A stretch of DNA of 64,000 nt from Carcharhinus longimanus. Taxonomy: Eukaryota. The DNA lies in NCBI GenBank assembly GCA_030264375.1, contig JASCQW010000148.1, positions 25,447,726 to 25,511,725 on the forward strand, given 5' to 3'. Each line of letters opens with the position of its first letter. The stretch's first letter is position 1. This document shows, in pieces, positions 1 through 12,619 of this stretch. The notes under the pieces are model-generated. The model made no database searches and was not told where the DNA came from. It saw only the letters and a program-made list of their open reading frames with translations. Position numbers and translations under genes: made by a program.

Positions 1-1560
1 AGTCCTAAAACCAAATGGGTGCCTATACATTTGCATTGACATGACCCAGTTTAACAAGACCATAGCCAGAGATTCATCCCATGTCCTTAGTGGAGGAAAG
101 TTTGATTAAACCTTCAAAAGCACGGTGTTTTCAAAACTAGACACAAACAGTGGAGATGGTGGCATAATGCTAATGTTGCCAGATTAGTAATCTATACACC
201 CAGGTTAATGCTCTGAGGGTAAGGTTCAAGTCCCACCACGAAAGCTGGTGGTATTTATGTTCAATTAATAAAATATGGAATTGAAAACTAGTCTCAACGA
301 TGGTGACCATGACAACTATCATCGATTGTTGTTAAAAACCCATCCGATTCACTAATGCCCTTTAGGGAAGGAAATCTGCTGTCCTTAACTGGTCTGGTCT
401 ACATGTGATGCCTAGCCTATGTCCTCTGAAATGGTGAAATTAGCCACTCAGTTCATGGGCAATTAGGAAAGGACTGAAAATGCTCACATCCCATGAAATA
501 ATAAATAAATGCTGGCACCTTACCCTTGATAAGGACTCCCAGCCTCTAACCACATTTATTACCTGCTTTGGCAGATTCTATCACCACTGCCTTCCCTTTG
601 GGATCATGTCAGAAATATTCTAATGCACAGTGTCAGACATTTTGCAGGTCCTTCAGGGAGTCATGTACCACGTAGACAATGTCTTGGTTCATGGGGCAAC
701 AGCGAAAGAGCACTATGAAAGGCTTACAGCAGATCTTGGATCGATTGCAGGAAGCAGGGCTGACACTGAATGATGAATGAAATTTTTCAAAAAGTCCATT
801 CAGTTCATCGTCAACAACAAAGGCACCGTGGTTGACAAACAAAAAACAATGGCTATCAGTCAGTTTTCTATCTCTTCCTCAGTCCCTGATCCCCATCATC
901 TCCTGGGGATAGTGAACCAGCAGGCATAGTTCTTGCCTAATTTGGCACAGGTCACAGAGCCTCTGGGATAGCTGCTCAAGAAAGACAAAGCATGGTACCG
1001 GGAACACATTGTAAGAACAAGCAGTCACTCGCATCAAGGTGATGCTGCTCTCCACTGATATACTGGTCCATTACGATCCAACCCTGGCTACCACCATAGC
1101 AGGAGCTGCTTCATCCACAGGCCTTGGGACAGTCCTCTTTCAGGAGCAACTGAATGGAAGTCAGCACCTGTCTCCTACGCTTCCAGAGGGTTGCTGAACA
1201 GAGACAAGATGCAGCCATCATAGAAAGGGAAGTCCTCGTGTTCACACAGGCACACGAGAAATTTTCCAACCTCAAGGTCACTATCGAGATAGACCATAAA
1301 CCACTGGGTTTCTTATTGGATGCGAAAAAGATCGCAAAGATCCCCTGCAGGATCCAGAAGTTTCACTTGCACCTCATGTGATCCTTCTACGAGATTGTGT
1401 ATGTCCAAGGAAAAATACCTGACGATGGCAGACATACTTTCGAGGGCCATGGTGAGCCTCCCACAAAAGAGGATGTCAGCTTCAGTGCAGAAGCGGAGGC
1501 CTGCTCCCTAGCAACAAGCAGACACCTGCCTGCAACCACAGCTGGATTCCAACGCTAAGA
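1..1560 (+). mobile_element. Degenerate Ty3/Gypsy LTR-retrotransposon pol (RT-RNase H), interrupted by a SINE at 151-510
   Basis: Frameshifted translation gives ICIDMTQFNKTI..TVFSKLDTNSG before the SINE. After it comes WHLTLDKDSQPLTTFITCFGRFY..LPFGI..YHVDNVLVHG (decayed YxDD), then IEIDHKPLGFLL and TMADILSRA (RNase H end). Multiple stops and frameshifts. Confidence 0.9.
151..510 (+). mobile_element. tRNA-derived SINE (family B; copies also at 3002, 44485, 54250)
   Basis: A-box-like tggcataatgcta, B-box ggttcaagtccc, shared body aaaacccatc..ttcactaatgccctttagggaaggaaatctgc and A-rich tail. It splits the Gypsy RT frame. Confidence 0.85.
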
Positions 1561-2092
1561 AAACGGGCAAGATTTACTCCCCTTTTCTCACGTGTTGGGA
1601 ACTTTGAATTTTTTTAGGAGAATTTCAGGCACGGTCTGTAACCAACACTCTCCCAACAACCATCTATATAAATACTGAATAGTCTCAGCGTGTTATATAT
1701 CTGTAATTTATTGATATATACAAATCATTGCTTGTATATTGCCTGTTCAGTCCATCGGTGAACATCTGTGAATATAACTTTTCATCACTGTGTAAATAAG
1801 CATATGTCAGTAATAAAGAAGAAGTGTTTACTTTTATTGCAACATCCTTGTTGTCAGCATGGACAAAAAGTTTGGTCCTTAATAATTAAGCCAACTGGCT
1901 CTCTGCCACATGTGAAGTTACAATCTTGCCTCCCTTCCCTATGGACTCGAGTCTGCATCCAAGAATCATTTAATGCAATGTTCTAAACTTTGTTGCAAAG
2001 GGAAAGGAACAGAGCTGCAATTCATCTTAGTTTAGACTTCCAATAAGTGCAGCAGTAGACTCGGACTGAAGCTTTCTTTCATTCTTAATACA

Positions 2093-2790
2093 AGGGGAAA
2101 ATTTCAACCATGTGTTTCCCATTTTCAGATTAGCCAATTGCCCTCGGCAGAAGCTGCGCCACACTTGCATGCAAATCTGATTAGTGCCAATGCTCTATGG
2201 AGAACGTTTTAAAACAAACGCCCAACATCTCGATATGCCAGCCACACTGATGGTTGCTCGTTATCTTTTGGAGCACTCAGTAAAATGTTCCATGAAAACA
2301 TATTGGAGTAAAGTTGTTCTCAGGCAGTGGCGAGAAACTGGTGCTTTCAGATCAACTGCCCATTATATGCAGCTTTTGCTATTTAATTCCATTCACTGCA
2401 ACAGAACTGAATATGAGACGCTGTCCCAAAGAGGCGCCTATCCCAAACTCACCCATTTTGCTCTCTTGTTCCCAGATGAATTTTGACCCCAGTCTCTCAA
2501 CTTGAGATGGAGAAAGTAATCGCAGCGAGACTCCTGCTGTTTCAACATAGGCTCATAGAGTTGTGACAACTCTGATCTACTGAAAAAAATGACTGAAAGA
2601 AATATAAGATTGAATAGATTTTCTTCAGAAAACCGCTTGTTACTTCGGAACATTTTAATTTGCCAAATGCCTGATCGAGTATAAATAAAACTGGGGCAAC
2701 ATTGATGAATTTTCGCAAAGGATTAGGATTTTAAAAAGTCTTGATGTAAAATCGGAAGAACTGTACCTGAATTTTGTTAAAATTGACCCA
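2093..2790. mobile_element. Possible old non-autonomous DNA transposon (MITE)
   Basis: Imperfect terminal inverted repeats ggggaaaatttcaac / gttaaaattgaccc, with no recognisable protein inside. Confidence 0.3.
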
Positions 2791-3001
2791 CTTATGGATC
2801 AATCTTCAAGGCATCTTAAAATTCTCATTCAATTCTTGAGTCATGTATGTGATATTTTTATAATTGTATGTTGGGCCTATCTCAGGATTCTTTATGCACC
2901 TTTGGTCCATAGGGGCATTCATAACATCTACTTCAAATGTACATGTTTAACATGGGATGTCAAGCTAGACTTTCAGATAAGCACAATCCAGAAAGGATTA
3001 A

Positions 3002-3388
3002 GGGAGACAGTGACGTAGTTAGAATATCACTGGACTAGGAATCCAGATGCCCAGGCTAATTCTCTGGGTACAAGAGTGCAAATCCCACCACGGCAAATGA
3101 TGGAAATTAAATTCAATTAATAATCTGGAATTGAAAAGTTAGCCTCAGGAATGTTATTGTCAAATATTGTAAACCTCATCTGGTTCACAAATGTTCTTTG
3201 GGGAAGGAAATCTGCTTTTCTTACCTGGTCTGCCCTAATATGAGTCCAAATCCACAGCAATGTGGTTGACTCTTAAATAGCCTCTCAAACAATTTGTCAA
3301 GCCACTAGGTTCAAAGGAAATTGGGGATGGACAACAAATGCTGGCCTTGCCAGTGACCCTCAGATCTCATTAAAGATCTTTTTTTTAA
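3002..3388 (+). mobile_element. tRNA-derived SINE (family B), near full length
   Basis: Collinear with 151-510 (cactggactaggaatccagatgcccaggctaat..catctggttcacaaatgttctttggggaaggaaatctgc..aaatgctggccttgccagtgac). Confidence 0.85.
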
Positions 3389-3509
3389 TTGTGGAAAAGA
3401 GTACATGTGTAGGAACAGAGACAATAAAACCCAGAAGTCCAGGATAAAAAGAGATATAGTCGACTCTCATTATTTACAACCCGTGTATGTACACCAAATT
3501 GCAGTTCAT

Positions 3510-3612
3510 ACATAGGAACATATATATAGAAAATAGAAGCAGGAGTAGGCCATTTGGCCCTTCAAGCCTACTCCGCCATTCATTTTCATCATAGCTGATC
3601 ATCAAATTCAAG
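3510..3612 (-). mobile_element. CR1/HER1-type LINE 3' end fragment
   Basis: agaagcaggagtaggccatttggcccttcaagcct is the reverse complement of the CR1 3' tail seen at about 16300-16350. Confidence 0.7.
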
Positions 3613-4519
3613 TGTCCCCAAAACTTTGCTCATCCATGATTTAGACTCTCACATTAAGCTATTATACTGTTAAACTCCCATCTTTCCAAGTCTGTCCCAT
3701 GTAGAAGGTACACACTGAGTATACACCACTTCATCATTTACAATTTCATCCATTGTGAGATCTCACAGGAGTTGACAGTATTGCTCATTTACAAAAAGGT
3801 GCCAGATTTTACTCTTTTGGAAAACTATTAGAACTTATTTACGAATGTTTTGAAAATCTCAGTTTCATGCACTCTGTGGCCAGAAATACATTAGTGTGTA
3901 ACAATCTTCACAGCAGAAATAGAGGAGGAAGTGGCTGGTCCCATTTATCATAGACTGATTACAGCAACAGGATGAAAAGTTTATCTCTTTGGAGTCTATA
4001 TTGAGTTAAGGGAGAATAAAGAATCTGTTAGTGTTTAAGAAGTAGATTACCAGCCATTGAATAATGGGAAATGAATTGAGCAATAGATTTGTCGGGAATT
4101 CAGAGGTTTGTAGTAGAACGAGTCATAATAAGGGATGATTTTAATTATCGAATTGTGATCCGGGATAAAACATCCTTTTGGCAGTCAAAATGAGAAGAGG
4201 TTCTTACAAAACATTAGGACCGTTTTTGTAATTGGTTTTCTGCCAGTCCAACAAAGAAAGATGTTTGGGTCAGATCATCATTGAGTAACAAAGCAGGAGA
4301 AATTTCTTGAAGGCGGCTGAGACTTGGAAAATACTAACTTAAACATGATTAGGTTAAGATTGAAAACAAATATCATCTTAAATTGGATTGGCTATTTCCA
4401 TGGAGTTGAAAAGGGGCTTAATCCAAACTATTGTTTGGAAAGCATTACAGAAAAATAAACTATGGGCCAGCAACAGGTGATAGCTTAATGTGAAATAGAT
4501 AAAGTATAGATGATATTCC

Positions 4520-4855
4520 ACAATGGCTTCAATATTCATATAGTGCCTTGAATGTAAGAAGGCGTGCCAGTGTGTTTCACAGGACAAGTAGAAACCATAA
4601 TTTCACATTAACCACATAATCAGACATTAGTGCAGATGACTAAAAGCTTGGTCAAAGGGGGAGATCTTAAGGAGTGTATTAGAGGAACTTGCCAAGGTAG
4701 AAAGGTGGAGAAATTTATGGAGGGAATTCCAGAGCTCAGGGACTTGACAAATGAAGGCAAGACCACCAATAGTGGAGCAATCAAAATTGGGGATGCTCAG
4801 GATGCCACAATTAAAGGAGTGCAGAGATCTTGAAAGGCTGTGTAGTTGGAATTCA
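4520..4855 (-). mobile_element. L2-type LINE 3' fragment
   Basis: aaaagcttggtcaaag..ggagggaattccagagctcaggg..gaaggcaagaccaccaat is homologous to 55585-55752, and the tail resembles the DeuSINE tail. Confidence 0.6.
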
Positions 4856-4879
4856 GGAAAAAAAAGCAAGAAACAAAAA

Positions 4880-5480
4880 TGGAGTTGCACATTTATATAT
4901 AGGGACAACAATGAATGTAAATCAAAAATATGATGTTGAGTTTGTGTAAAACATTGGTTAGTCTCCAGTTGGATTATTGTGTGCTGTATATCACCTCGTT
5001 GTTAAGCCAATGAAAAGATACCATGAGGGTTCTGTTGAATTATACCAGGAGGGAGAGGTTATAGTTCTGAAGGAAGGCTCCAAAGTGAAGCTTTCATCAC
5101 TACAGCAATGCAGGCTGTGGGAGAACCAAGCAGATTTTTCCAAAATTATGAAAGGTCTTAGATGTTATGAATGAAAGACTATTTTCATTGACTGATAGAC
5201 AAAGGAGCAGAAATGCAATGTTATCACAAATAAATAAAGAACTTGCATTTATCTTTGACCTTTCATAACCTCAGGGCATCACCAAGCACTTCAAGAAAAG
5301 AGGGCTTCCAAAGAATTTATCACACAGAGATCAAATAACCATGTGGCTATTAAGGCAGACACTAATGCTATTTAAAAAGGATTGGATGAATGTTAGAGCA
5401 TGGAAAAATATAAAAAGAATCTACAATGGTGAGAGCAATAAAATTGAACAGATAGCTTCAGTTAAGGAGTTTGCTCCACC
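4880..5480 (+). mobile_element. Highly decayed CR1 LINE RT C-terminus and 3' region
   Basis: ttgtgtaaaacattggttagtctccagttggattattgtgtg reads LCKTLVSLQLDYCV, a decayed CR1 LYKxLVRPxLEYCV motif. It probably continues upstream at about 4060-4520. Confidence 0.6.
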
Positions 5481-6559
5481 GGCTAGGCTGTCTGCATTTC
5501 AGCTTCAATTTTGATAACCACTGCAGAAAGTGCAGCTTCTCTATTTGTTATATTCTGCTATAAGTGGGCAACTTCCAGCAGTTTCAGTTGAGGGCTTGTT
5601 TCACTGCTTGCTACTTTAAGCTACTGCTGAATGCATTGCCTACTGAAAGGACAGCAAATTGCAATGACTGTGATGTTTTTCCTCCGAAAGTTACGAAGTC
5701 AATTCCTGGACCCAAACATTGGCATTATTATTAAGTTGAGCATTGTGGACAATAATTGGGAAAATGTAAATTTGGGAAAGTTCTGAGCAGCTTTGATTGC
5801 TGTAAATAGTCTTTTGTTCTTTTAAATTCAACATATTAGGAATAATGTCACTTATTCCTAATGGTATCATGAGACTTCCTGGCACCCCGTCAAACCACTG
5901 TATTTCTTTTTTTGCCTTTGCCACAAGCACGGATTGTTCACTGGTCCCTTCTGTGGATTGTATCTGCTAGTTGGGTCTTTAAAAGGAGCAGCTTTGTGTT
6001 CTTGAATGAACTGTATGTCACATCCTTCAGAGGAATAGAAACAGTGAACAGTATACTTTTTGTAATGTTTACAGGATGTGCTATGGTCTGCAGTCACATT
6101 AAAGCAGTCAGCAGAAGTGAATCAAACACTGTAGCATATGCTGAGGCAGCTCAAATTCAACAAGCAATTTGACGACAATTTGCTTTAAAACTTTGTTCCT
6201 TGGCAGCGACTGTCATTTGGGAGAATCTGACACAATGAATATTTATCCAGCATGTGACATTTGGAACAATTTGAAAACATTTCAATCAAGAAGTAGCATT
6301 ACTAAATTTTATTTCAGCACTTGCACCTTCTTACAGTGCCCATCATGTGGCAGATTTAAAGGGAGCTTCAATCAGCATGATAATCCAGCTATACCTATGT
6401 TAGTATTCCAAAACGTTAGTGTTTCATGGTAATTTCCAATTAATTAAATAAGTTACAGCCATTTTAAGCCACTTTATGCGAGATTCTCAACTCTAAAAGA
6501 GGATTTAGTTGGGTAGTGCAATTGCAAGGTGGCAAAATGAAGAACTGGCACTTTTCCGA

Positions 6560-7130
6560 ACAACTTTCACAAGCTGAGGTCCGTTGCAAAGCAATTTACA
6601 GCCAGCAAAATACTTCTAAAGTGTGGCCTCTTTTAAATTTTTTTATTTCAAAAAAAAATTCAAATTAAATCCAATTTATGGCCCCCACAGGAGAGACAAA
6701 CTAGATTTAAACCGACAGGATAAGGCATTGCACCCCATCTTGGGCTTGATCTAATGCTTCATCTTAACCAAAAGGTCGAGATGGCTTTGAAAAATTGCAT
6801 CAAGCGACGCTTTAGTTGAACCTCGTAGAATACCCTGATCATTGACTGTCCCCTAGCTTCGGATATCAAGCTGCCCGATCATTGACTCTCCTCTGCCAGG
6901 TAAGTATGTGGCCACTATTGTAATGTAGGAAACTTGGCAGCAAATTTGTCCACACCAAGTTCCTACAAACAATAGTGAGATAATGATCAAATCGTCACCT
7001 TGTGGTAATGTTGATTGAGGAATAAATATTGGCCAGGATGCCAGAGAGAATTCCCCTGATCCTCTTCAAAATTGTGCTTGTGGGATCTTCCTGAGAGGAC
7101 AGATGGTTTAACATCTTGACTGAAAGATAA
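6560..7130 (-). mobile_element. DeuSINE (SacSINE1/AmnSINE1-like), interrupted at 6629-6907
   Basis: Reverse complement carries Deu-domain-like aagatcccacaagcacaattttgaagagg..tcctggccaatatttattcctcaatcaacatt..tttcctacattacaatagtg. The sequence resumes in register across the insertion. Confidence 0.8.
6629..6907 (-). mobile_element. U1/U2 snRNA-derived chimeric retroposon (SINEU-like)
   Basis: 5' end ATACTTACCTGGCAGAGGAGAGTCAATGATC is 27/31 to human U1 nt 1-31. Internal TCTCGACCTTTTGGTTAAGATGAAG is 22/25 to the U2 5' end. A-rich tail. Flanking direct repeat GTGGCC at 6623-6628 and 6908-6913. Confidence 0.85.
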
Positions 7131-7294
7131 AGTTAAATTCACAACCAATCTATCTGCAGCATTCCCAATTGTGCAGGTTCTTTATACAATGGGTATTTTT
7201 TTTCTACAACTGCGGATAATCTGCTAAGCATATTTTGGTAAACATTGTTTAGCTCAGGCAAGAGACAAAGCTAATAGATTCACTAATTATTTCC

Positions 7295-7395
7295 AGTTCT
7301 CAAAAAAGATCAACATTTGAAATGTTGATTCCTCTAATCTTTCCACAGATGCTGAGCGACCTGCTCAGCGTTTCCAACATTTTGTTTACTTTTCA
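7295..7395 (+). mobile_element. Penelope-like element 3' terminal fragment
   Basis: tccacagatgctgagcgacctgctcagcgtttccaacattttg matches the tail at about 29280-29330. Confidence 0.55.
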
Positions 7396-10300
7396 TGTCT
7401 CTTATCAATTGTTTGTCATCGTCTGACTACAAATGTGACAATATGTGCAATTGCAGCAAGCACGGGGCAGAATGGTGACATAAATGGTCAGTTTATGGAA
7501 CTCTACCTTGGATGAGGCAGAGATTCCCAATGGTATTTGCAACCTTTTGCTGATTGGACTTTTGGTTATATATTGTCCCCCGCCTGGAAAGGAAATAGTA
7601 GTTTACATTTCTCACACTGTCTGATGGCATTTCCGTCTTGTTGCAATTTTATTGTGATCATGCACTCAAAATACATTTGACTTGATGCATTAATTAGACA
7701 TCCTGTACCTTGGGGACTGAACAAACATCAAATGACCAGAGCTGCAGGTAACACATACGCAGAACAAAAGCTTGCCCTATTACACTGATGAGGCCAATTA
7801 AGAGAATAGAAATTGAAGTAATCAGCTGAAAGGAAGGATGTTTTAAAAAAAAATACAAGGAGATCCAGTCTATATAGATGGTGGGGGTAAAGTGATGGAG
7901 TAGAGAGTTTTAAACGGTGGAGGTAAATTGAGTGAGTGGTCGACTATTCAATTTGTACTTAAAGCTGCTATTCAGTGCATGTGTAAGGACATGCACATTC
8001 ATAGTTGAAATATCACAAATAAACTTCAAAAATTATGTTAAATACCCTTTGGAATTAACAGAATGAGAAAATAACATTTTGCATTAATTTTTCAGGACCA
8101 GAGAGGTTCTTCAGGTGTAAATGTGATCTCACACTGTTAGAAACCTCATTTAACAATTAAACATTTTCAGGGGCTTTTTTTAAATATAACTTCAATATTA
8201 CAGTTTAACAGGAAACTCTCATCAGTTTGGTACTCTCCATTGATATGCACTTGGAGTTTTCAGCACGTCCTTTGGAGAAGCATAGAATCACTGCTGGTAC
8301 TTTTATAAATTGTGATTGTTCAATTCTGTATGTGCAGACTCCAGAAGTTGCTGTCAGTTTCAGGGGAGCACTAACATTGAATGCTGACAGTTTCAATATC
8401 ATTACCATCGCAAAACATGGGGCTTCCTTCCCTCAAAACAATTGATGCAGCCTGGGGCTCAGCTACAGTGAGCTTTGCCTGTTCTCCAAGCAGCTTTTAA
8501 AAATCCACAGAACTTCAAAGTGTGAAATGTTCATGCCATGTTCCATCATCAAGCTGTCATCCACAAACTTATTTTGCTCACTGCTTTCATTCGGACCGTC
8601 AGACTCTACACGTCAATCAATCAGAGTGCATCCCCCTCTTTTGATTCTGTTGTGTATCCAGCAGTCAGGAACCGAGTTGTCTTTTTATCTTTTTTGTCAG
8701 AATGAATTATAGATGCAAGCCCCTGCAGCATGAATATGCGAGGATCATGCTCAGAGCACCAGTGCCTGGTACATTAGTCGATTATGAATGACATATTTTG
8801 TGGAATAAGTATAACAAGACAAATTCTACAATAACAACATTTACAATGTAATATTTAAATTAACATCTGAAGAAACTATGAAGGAGGCAATTAAGAATCA
8901 CATTGTCTTCATTAAACAGCTAAGCTCTGCCACACGGAATATCTGAATGTTTAACTCACAGCATTAACCAAGAGACTTCAAATGTCCTGCTTACTCTACC
9001 CTCTCAGTGTGGGAACGTGATGTGTTCTGTAATTATGTATCTTCTCATAAAAATGAAGGTCTAACAAATTTAATGGCAAGCCAGTTGCACTGAAAGGCTG
9101 GATGCTGGAATACAAGAAGGTAGCACCAGGCAAAGAGGGAGGAACTTCAAGGGCTGAGGAGGACTTTGGGTGGATGCAACATATTGAATGGAAGGGTTGA
9201 TTGATCGTGGGGAGGAGGCTTGGTTCAATAATTGACAGGAAGTATACCAGTTCCTGCTGGCCCACAAGAGGTACTAGTAAGGCACTTAACTGCTGGATTT
9301 GAATCTTCTTGCCTTGGCTCAGCTGGACTCAGGAATCCTGGTCAACAAGAGTTAAAAATAAACTTGAGGTTGTATATGAGTTCTGCAACCTCATTACAAT
9401 ATCTTAAGCCATAGATCTGCCTCTGAAGAATTGATTATTTGTCTGTCCCCAAAGCAACTCAGTTAGAACTAGGGGCCACATTGGAGGCTCTCTGTGCTCA
9501 GCTTTCAGATTTTTCAAGTTTTACACCTCGTCTATATTGAGGGTTAACATATTCATCCCCCTCGCTGAATTGGTTCCAACTGCAATTTCTGCTGATGAAT
9601 TTACAGTATCTTTTTTCAAAAAATTAGAAAAGTTAGTTGATGATAAATCCTATCACAGGATCTCTTTGGATATATAACAACAAAGATTCATTTTACTCAT
9701 TAAACAGTGGACCATAATTCCTTGGTGTAGCAAACAGTGGTAGACTGCCACTCTGTGCTGACTATCTGTGCTTAGATTCTTAAGCACCTGACTTGCCCAT
9801 CCTTCCTGACTCAGGGTGGGTGAGATTCAGACAGCGCAGGGCACCCCTGACTCCTGGAATGAAGTGCAAATGAATTTGCCCTTTTTATCTAGTTGCTGTA
9901 AAGCAGGTGAGTTTAAATTTTGCATTGTATCAGGCCAGGGAGAAGGTAAGTGTCTATGCGATGTGGGGTTCAGACATCATGAGGGGAGTTGGATATGGGG
10001 GGAGGAGTTGAACATTGGAGGAGAGGTGTTGGACATTTGGGGGGGAGAAGAGTCAAATATTGTTAGGGGATGGGATGAGGTGTGGGGGGTGTCCTCTGCA
10101 GGGCTTTGTGTGGGTCTTTCAGATAGTTACACCCAAATTAGAAGTGTTTTTATTTCTTACACTTTCAAAGTAACGATCAGGATAATAGTTATCCTGATAG
10201 TTATTGATTTAAATCGCTTTGTTAGGTTGTTCCCAGCCTAGTGCAGTTGTCCAGGAAGGTTAGCCCTTCTGATCAATCGCTAGGTAAATCCTTACCTGGG

Positions 10301-11624
10301 CAATTCCAAGAGGGGAACCCCTCAAATCTGATGTTGGGGAGACAAGATGTTGCAAGCCACAGTATACTCCATGATTGTATTTTTCAAACTCTTCTGTCTT
10401 GAGAGCTCCTCCAAATGCACACTCCCAGAGACTTTCACATTCTGACAGCATCACAAGGGTTCCTTGTTCTCATGGCTAGAAGAATGAGCACTGTTCAGCT
10501 TGGGTAGCTAACAGTAAGTGGCAAAAGAAATTAATTTTCCCCTCACTTTGTGCATAGCAACAGATCTATATGCAAGTGAGTTAATGCCGCAGAACTTGAT
10601 TTCTGTAGACTTCTAGAAAGTCGCTGCTCTTGGCTTTTTGAATGTCTGGGCCTCTGACAGAGTGAAACCTGTTGTGTTTGCAGCTGCCCAACTCTATCCC
10701 CTACTGACCCAAAGTTATACCTTACACAATAGTTACAACTGTTAATATATAGATAAAAATGCAGATGATGAAAACTCATGACCCAGGACGTGATGTATGA
10801 AATAGTGCAAACTAACTCTCCCTGCAAAACTATTTCTGACTTGCATTTTGTGTTTTTCGTGTACCATTTAGGATGCAGAGAGAGGTTGTAGCGATTGTAC
10901 CCAAGGCAATGTATGTGATTAAAGACATTGGACCAGTTTTGTTCTCAGTGGAATCCATTGAGTTTCAGGCTGGAGGCAGCTCCACCTACTCATTATTAAT
11001 GGAGCTTTTTCTTGTTGCCCATCACAGATAGGTGAAATACCTTATCATGATGCTGCTCAGCTATGGATGAGTGAACATTGTATTGGGGGAGTTTGTCCTC
11101 AAAATTCCATAAGTCTATGTTAGTATTAAGATTGTGAAGACTGGGTTCTGACAGCCGATTTTGATATTATATCTTAACAGCTCTTCTGAGCTTTTGTCGT
11201 AGTAATGTAACATTACTGACATTTCCCAGATTTAAGGGAGCATACGTTTTCTTGCTAGTCTCTTTGCTATCATGTCAAAGTCTTGCTAACAGTTCCCACC
11301 CAGAAGTAAAAGAAACTCATTGTAGTCTTCATGTTGTAGCAGGCGCTTTATAAAATGTGGCCATGGATTTATATTTGGGATGGGACAGTGGGGAGGATGT
11401 AGCCACCATAGCTTCTTCCTCATGCAGTCCCTGACCTGGCAATATTTTGAGCAGCGGTTTAATATAAAATAGGAAATAATGTTCACCCCTATCTTTGCAA
11501 ACAAATGTCTGTATCCCAAAAACCAGAAACCAAAGGAGTTATCAAATTGCCTATTGAACTGTTCTATCGGGTTTTTGCAATCTAATTACAGTACCTAATT
11601 CTGATGTGGATTAAGCTGGGATTT

Positions 11625-12112
11625 CTATGGAGCTATGAGCAGGAGACCCATTCTATAAGATCATGGTAGATCTGATTATAATCTCAACTAGACATTCACG
11701 CCTAACCCCGATAAGCTATCAGCCCCTTGCTAGGCCTATAGGATGATTTAAAATCCTGAGGATTGTTGACGGGATGAATGTGGAGAGGATGTTCCTTTTT
11801 GTCGGAGAGCCTAGAACTAGGGGTCACCCTTTGAAAATAAGGAGTCGCTCGTTTAAGACAGATGAGAAGAAATGCTTTCTCACAGAAGTTTGTGAGTCTC
11901 TGGAACTCTCTTTCTCAAAAAGCAGTGGAAGCAGAGTTTTTGAATATTTTTAAGCCAGAGCTAGATAGATTCTTGATTGACAAGGGGATGAAAGATTATC
12001 AATAGGCAGGGATGTGGGGTTGAAGTTACAAGCAGATCAGGAATGATATTATTGAATGCTGGAGCAGGTTTGACGGGCTGAGTGACCTACTCCTAATTTG
12101 TTCATTTGTATG
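11625..12112 (+). mobile_element. CR1 LINE 3' end preceded by a short inverted CR1 piece
   Basis: ctagaactaggggtcac..tctctggaactctc..gagctagatagattcttgatt..gggctgagtgacctactcct is a typical CR1 3' region. 11625-11730 is in the opposite orientation. Confidence 0.8.
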
Positions 12113-12619
12113 AAACATCAAGAATATTCTGTATCAGGAAGTAACTTGTTGAGCATTTGTGACTGACTATTTCAGGAGAGGCATCTGCTTGACATCTGGT
12201 CAGGTATTACACCACTGTGGAAAAGCTGTGCCAGATTAGACTGTCGTTTTTGGTCACAGATACTCTTACTGCTCACTTCTTCAGCAACTGAAACCTGAGT
12301 GTGACTGCATACTTTGTGGCAAAGTGGTGTCATTGGTGATTATTTCTTATGTCCAAAGTGGAACGAACACTTTAAAATGTAATAAATTCAATTAGTGCAA
12401 GTAGGGACAAGCACTTAAGAATATGAATATCGGCATCTGTTCATCTGGGCAGCATATGCTGCTGCTTTTTATGAGCAGAAACATATGATCAGAATTTTAT
12501 AATAAAGGGCAGCAACTTCATCGTAATAATGTGAAATTTCATTTCATTTCATCGCAAGAGATAAGGTTATTGAAATTTCTCAGGAGAAAGTGGTTTCACT
12601 GCATGTGAATGCACCAAAA

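Noticed and set aside
6629-6907. Functional U1 or U2 snRNA gene
   Set aside because: U1 is truncated after about 31 nt and U2 lacks GTAGTA. The A tail and target-site duplication indicate retroposition, and the flanks are SINE rather than snRNA promoter.
9816-10241. 141-aa ORF and other 60-160-aa ORFs in the track (e.g. 13804, 22227, 43763)
   Set aside because: No recognisable domain or exon signals. They are antisense or off-frame readings of repeats, low-complexity sequence, or ORFs extended through N gaps.
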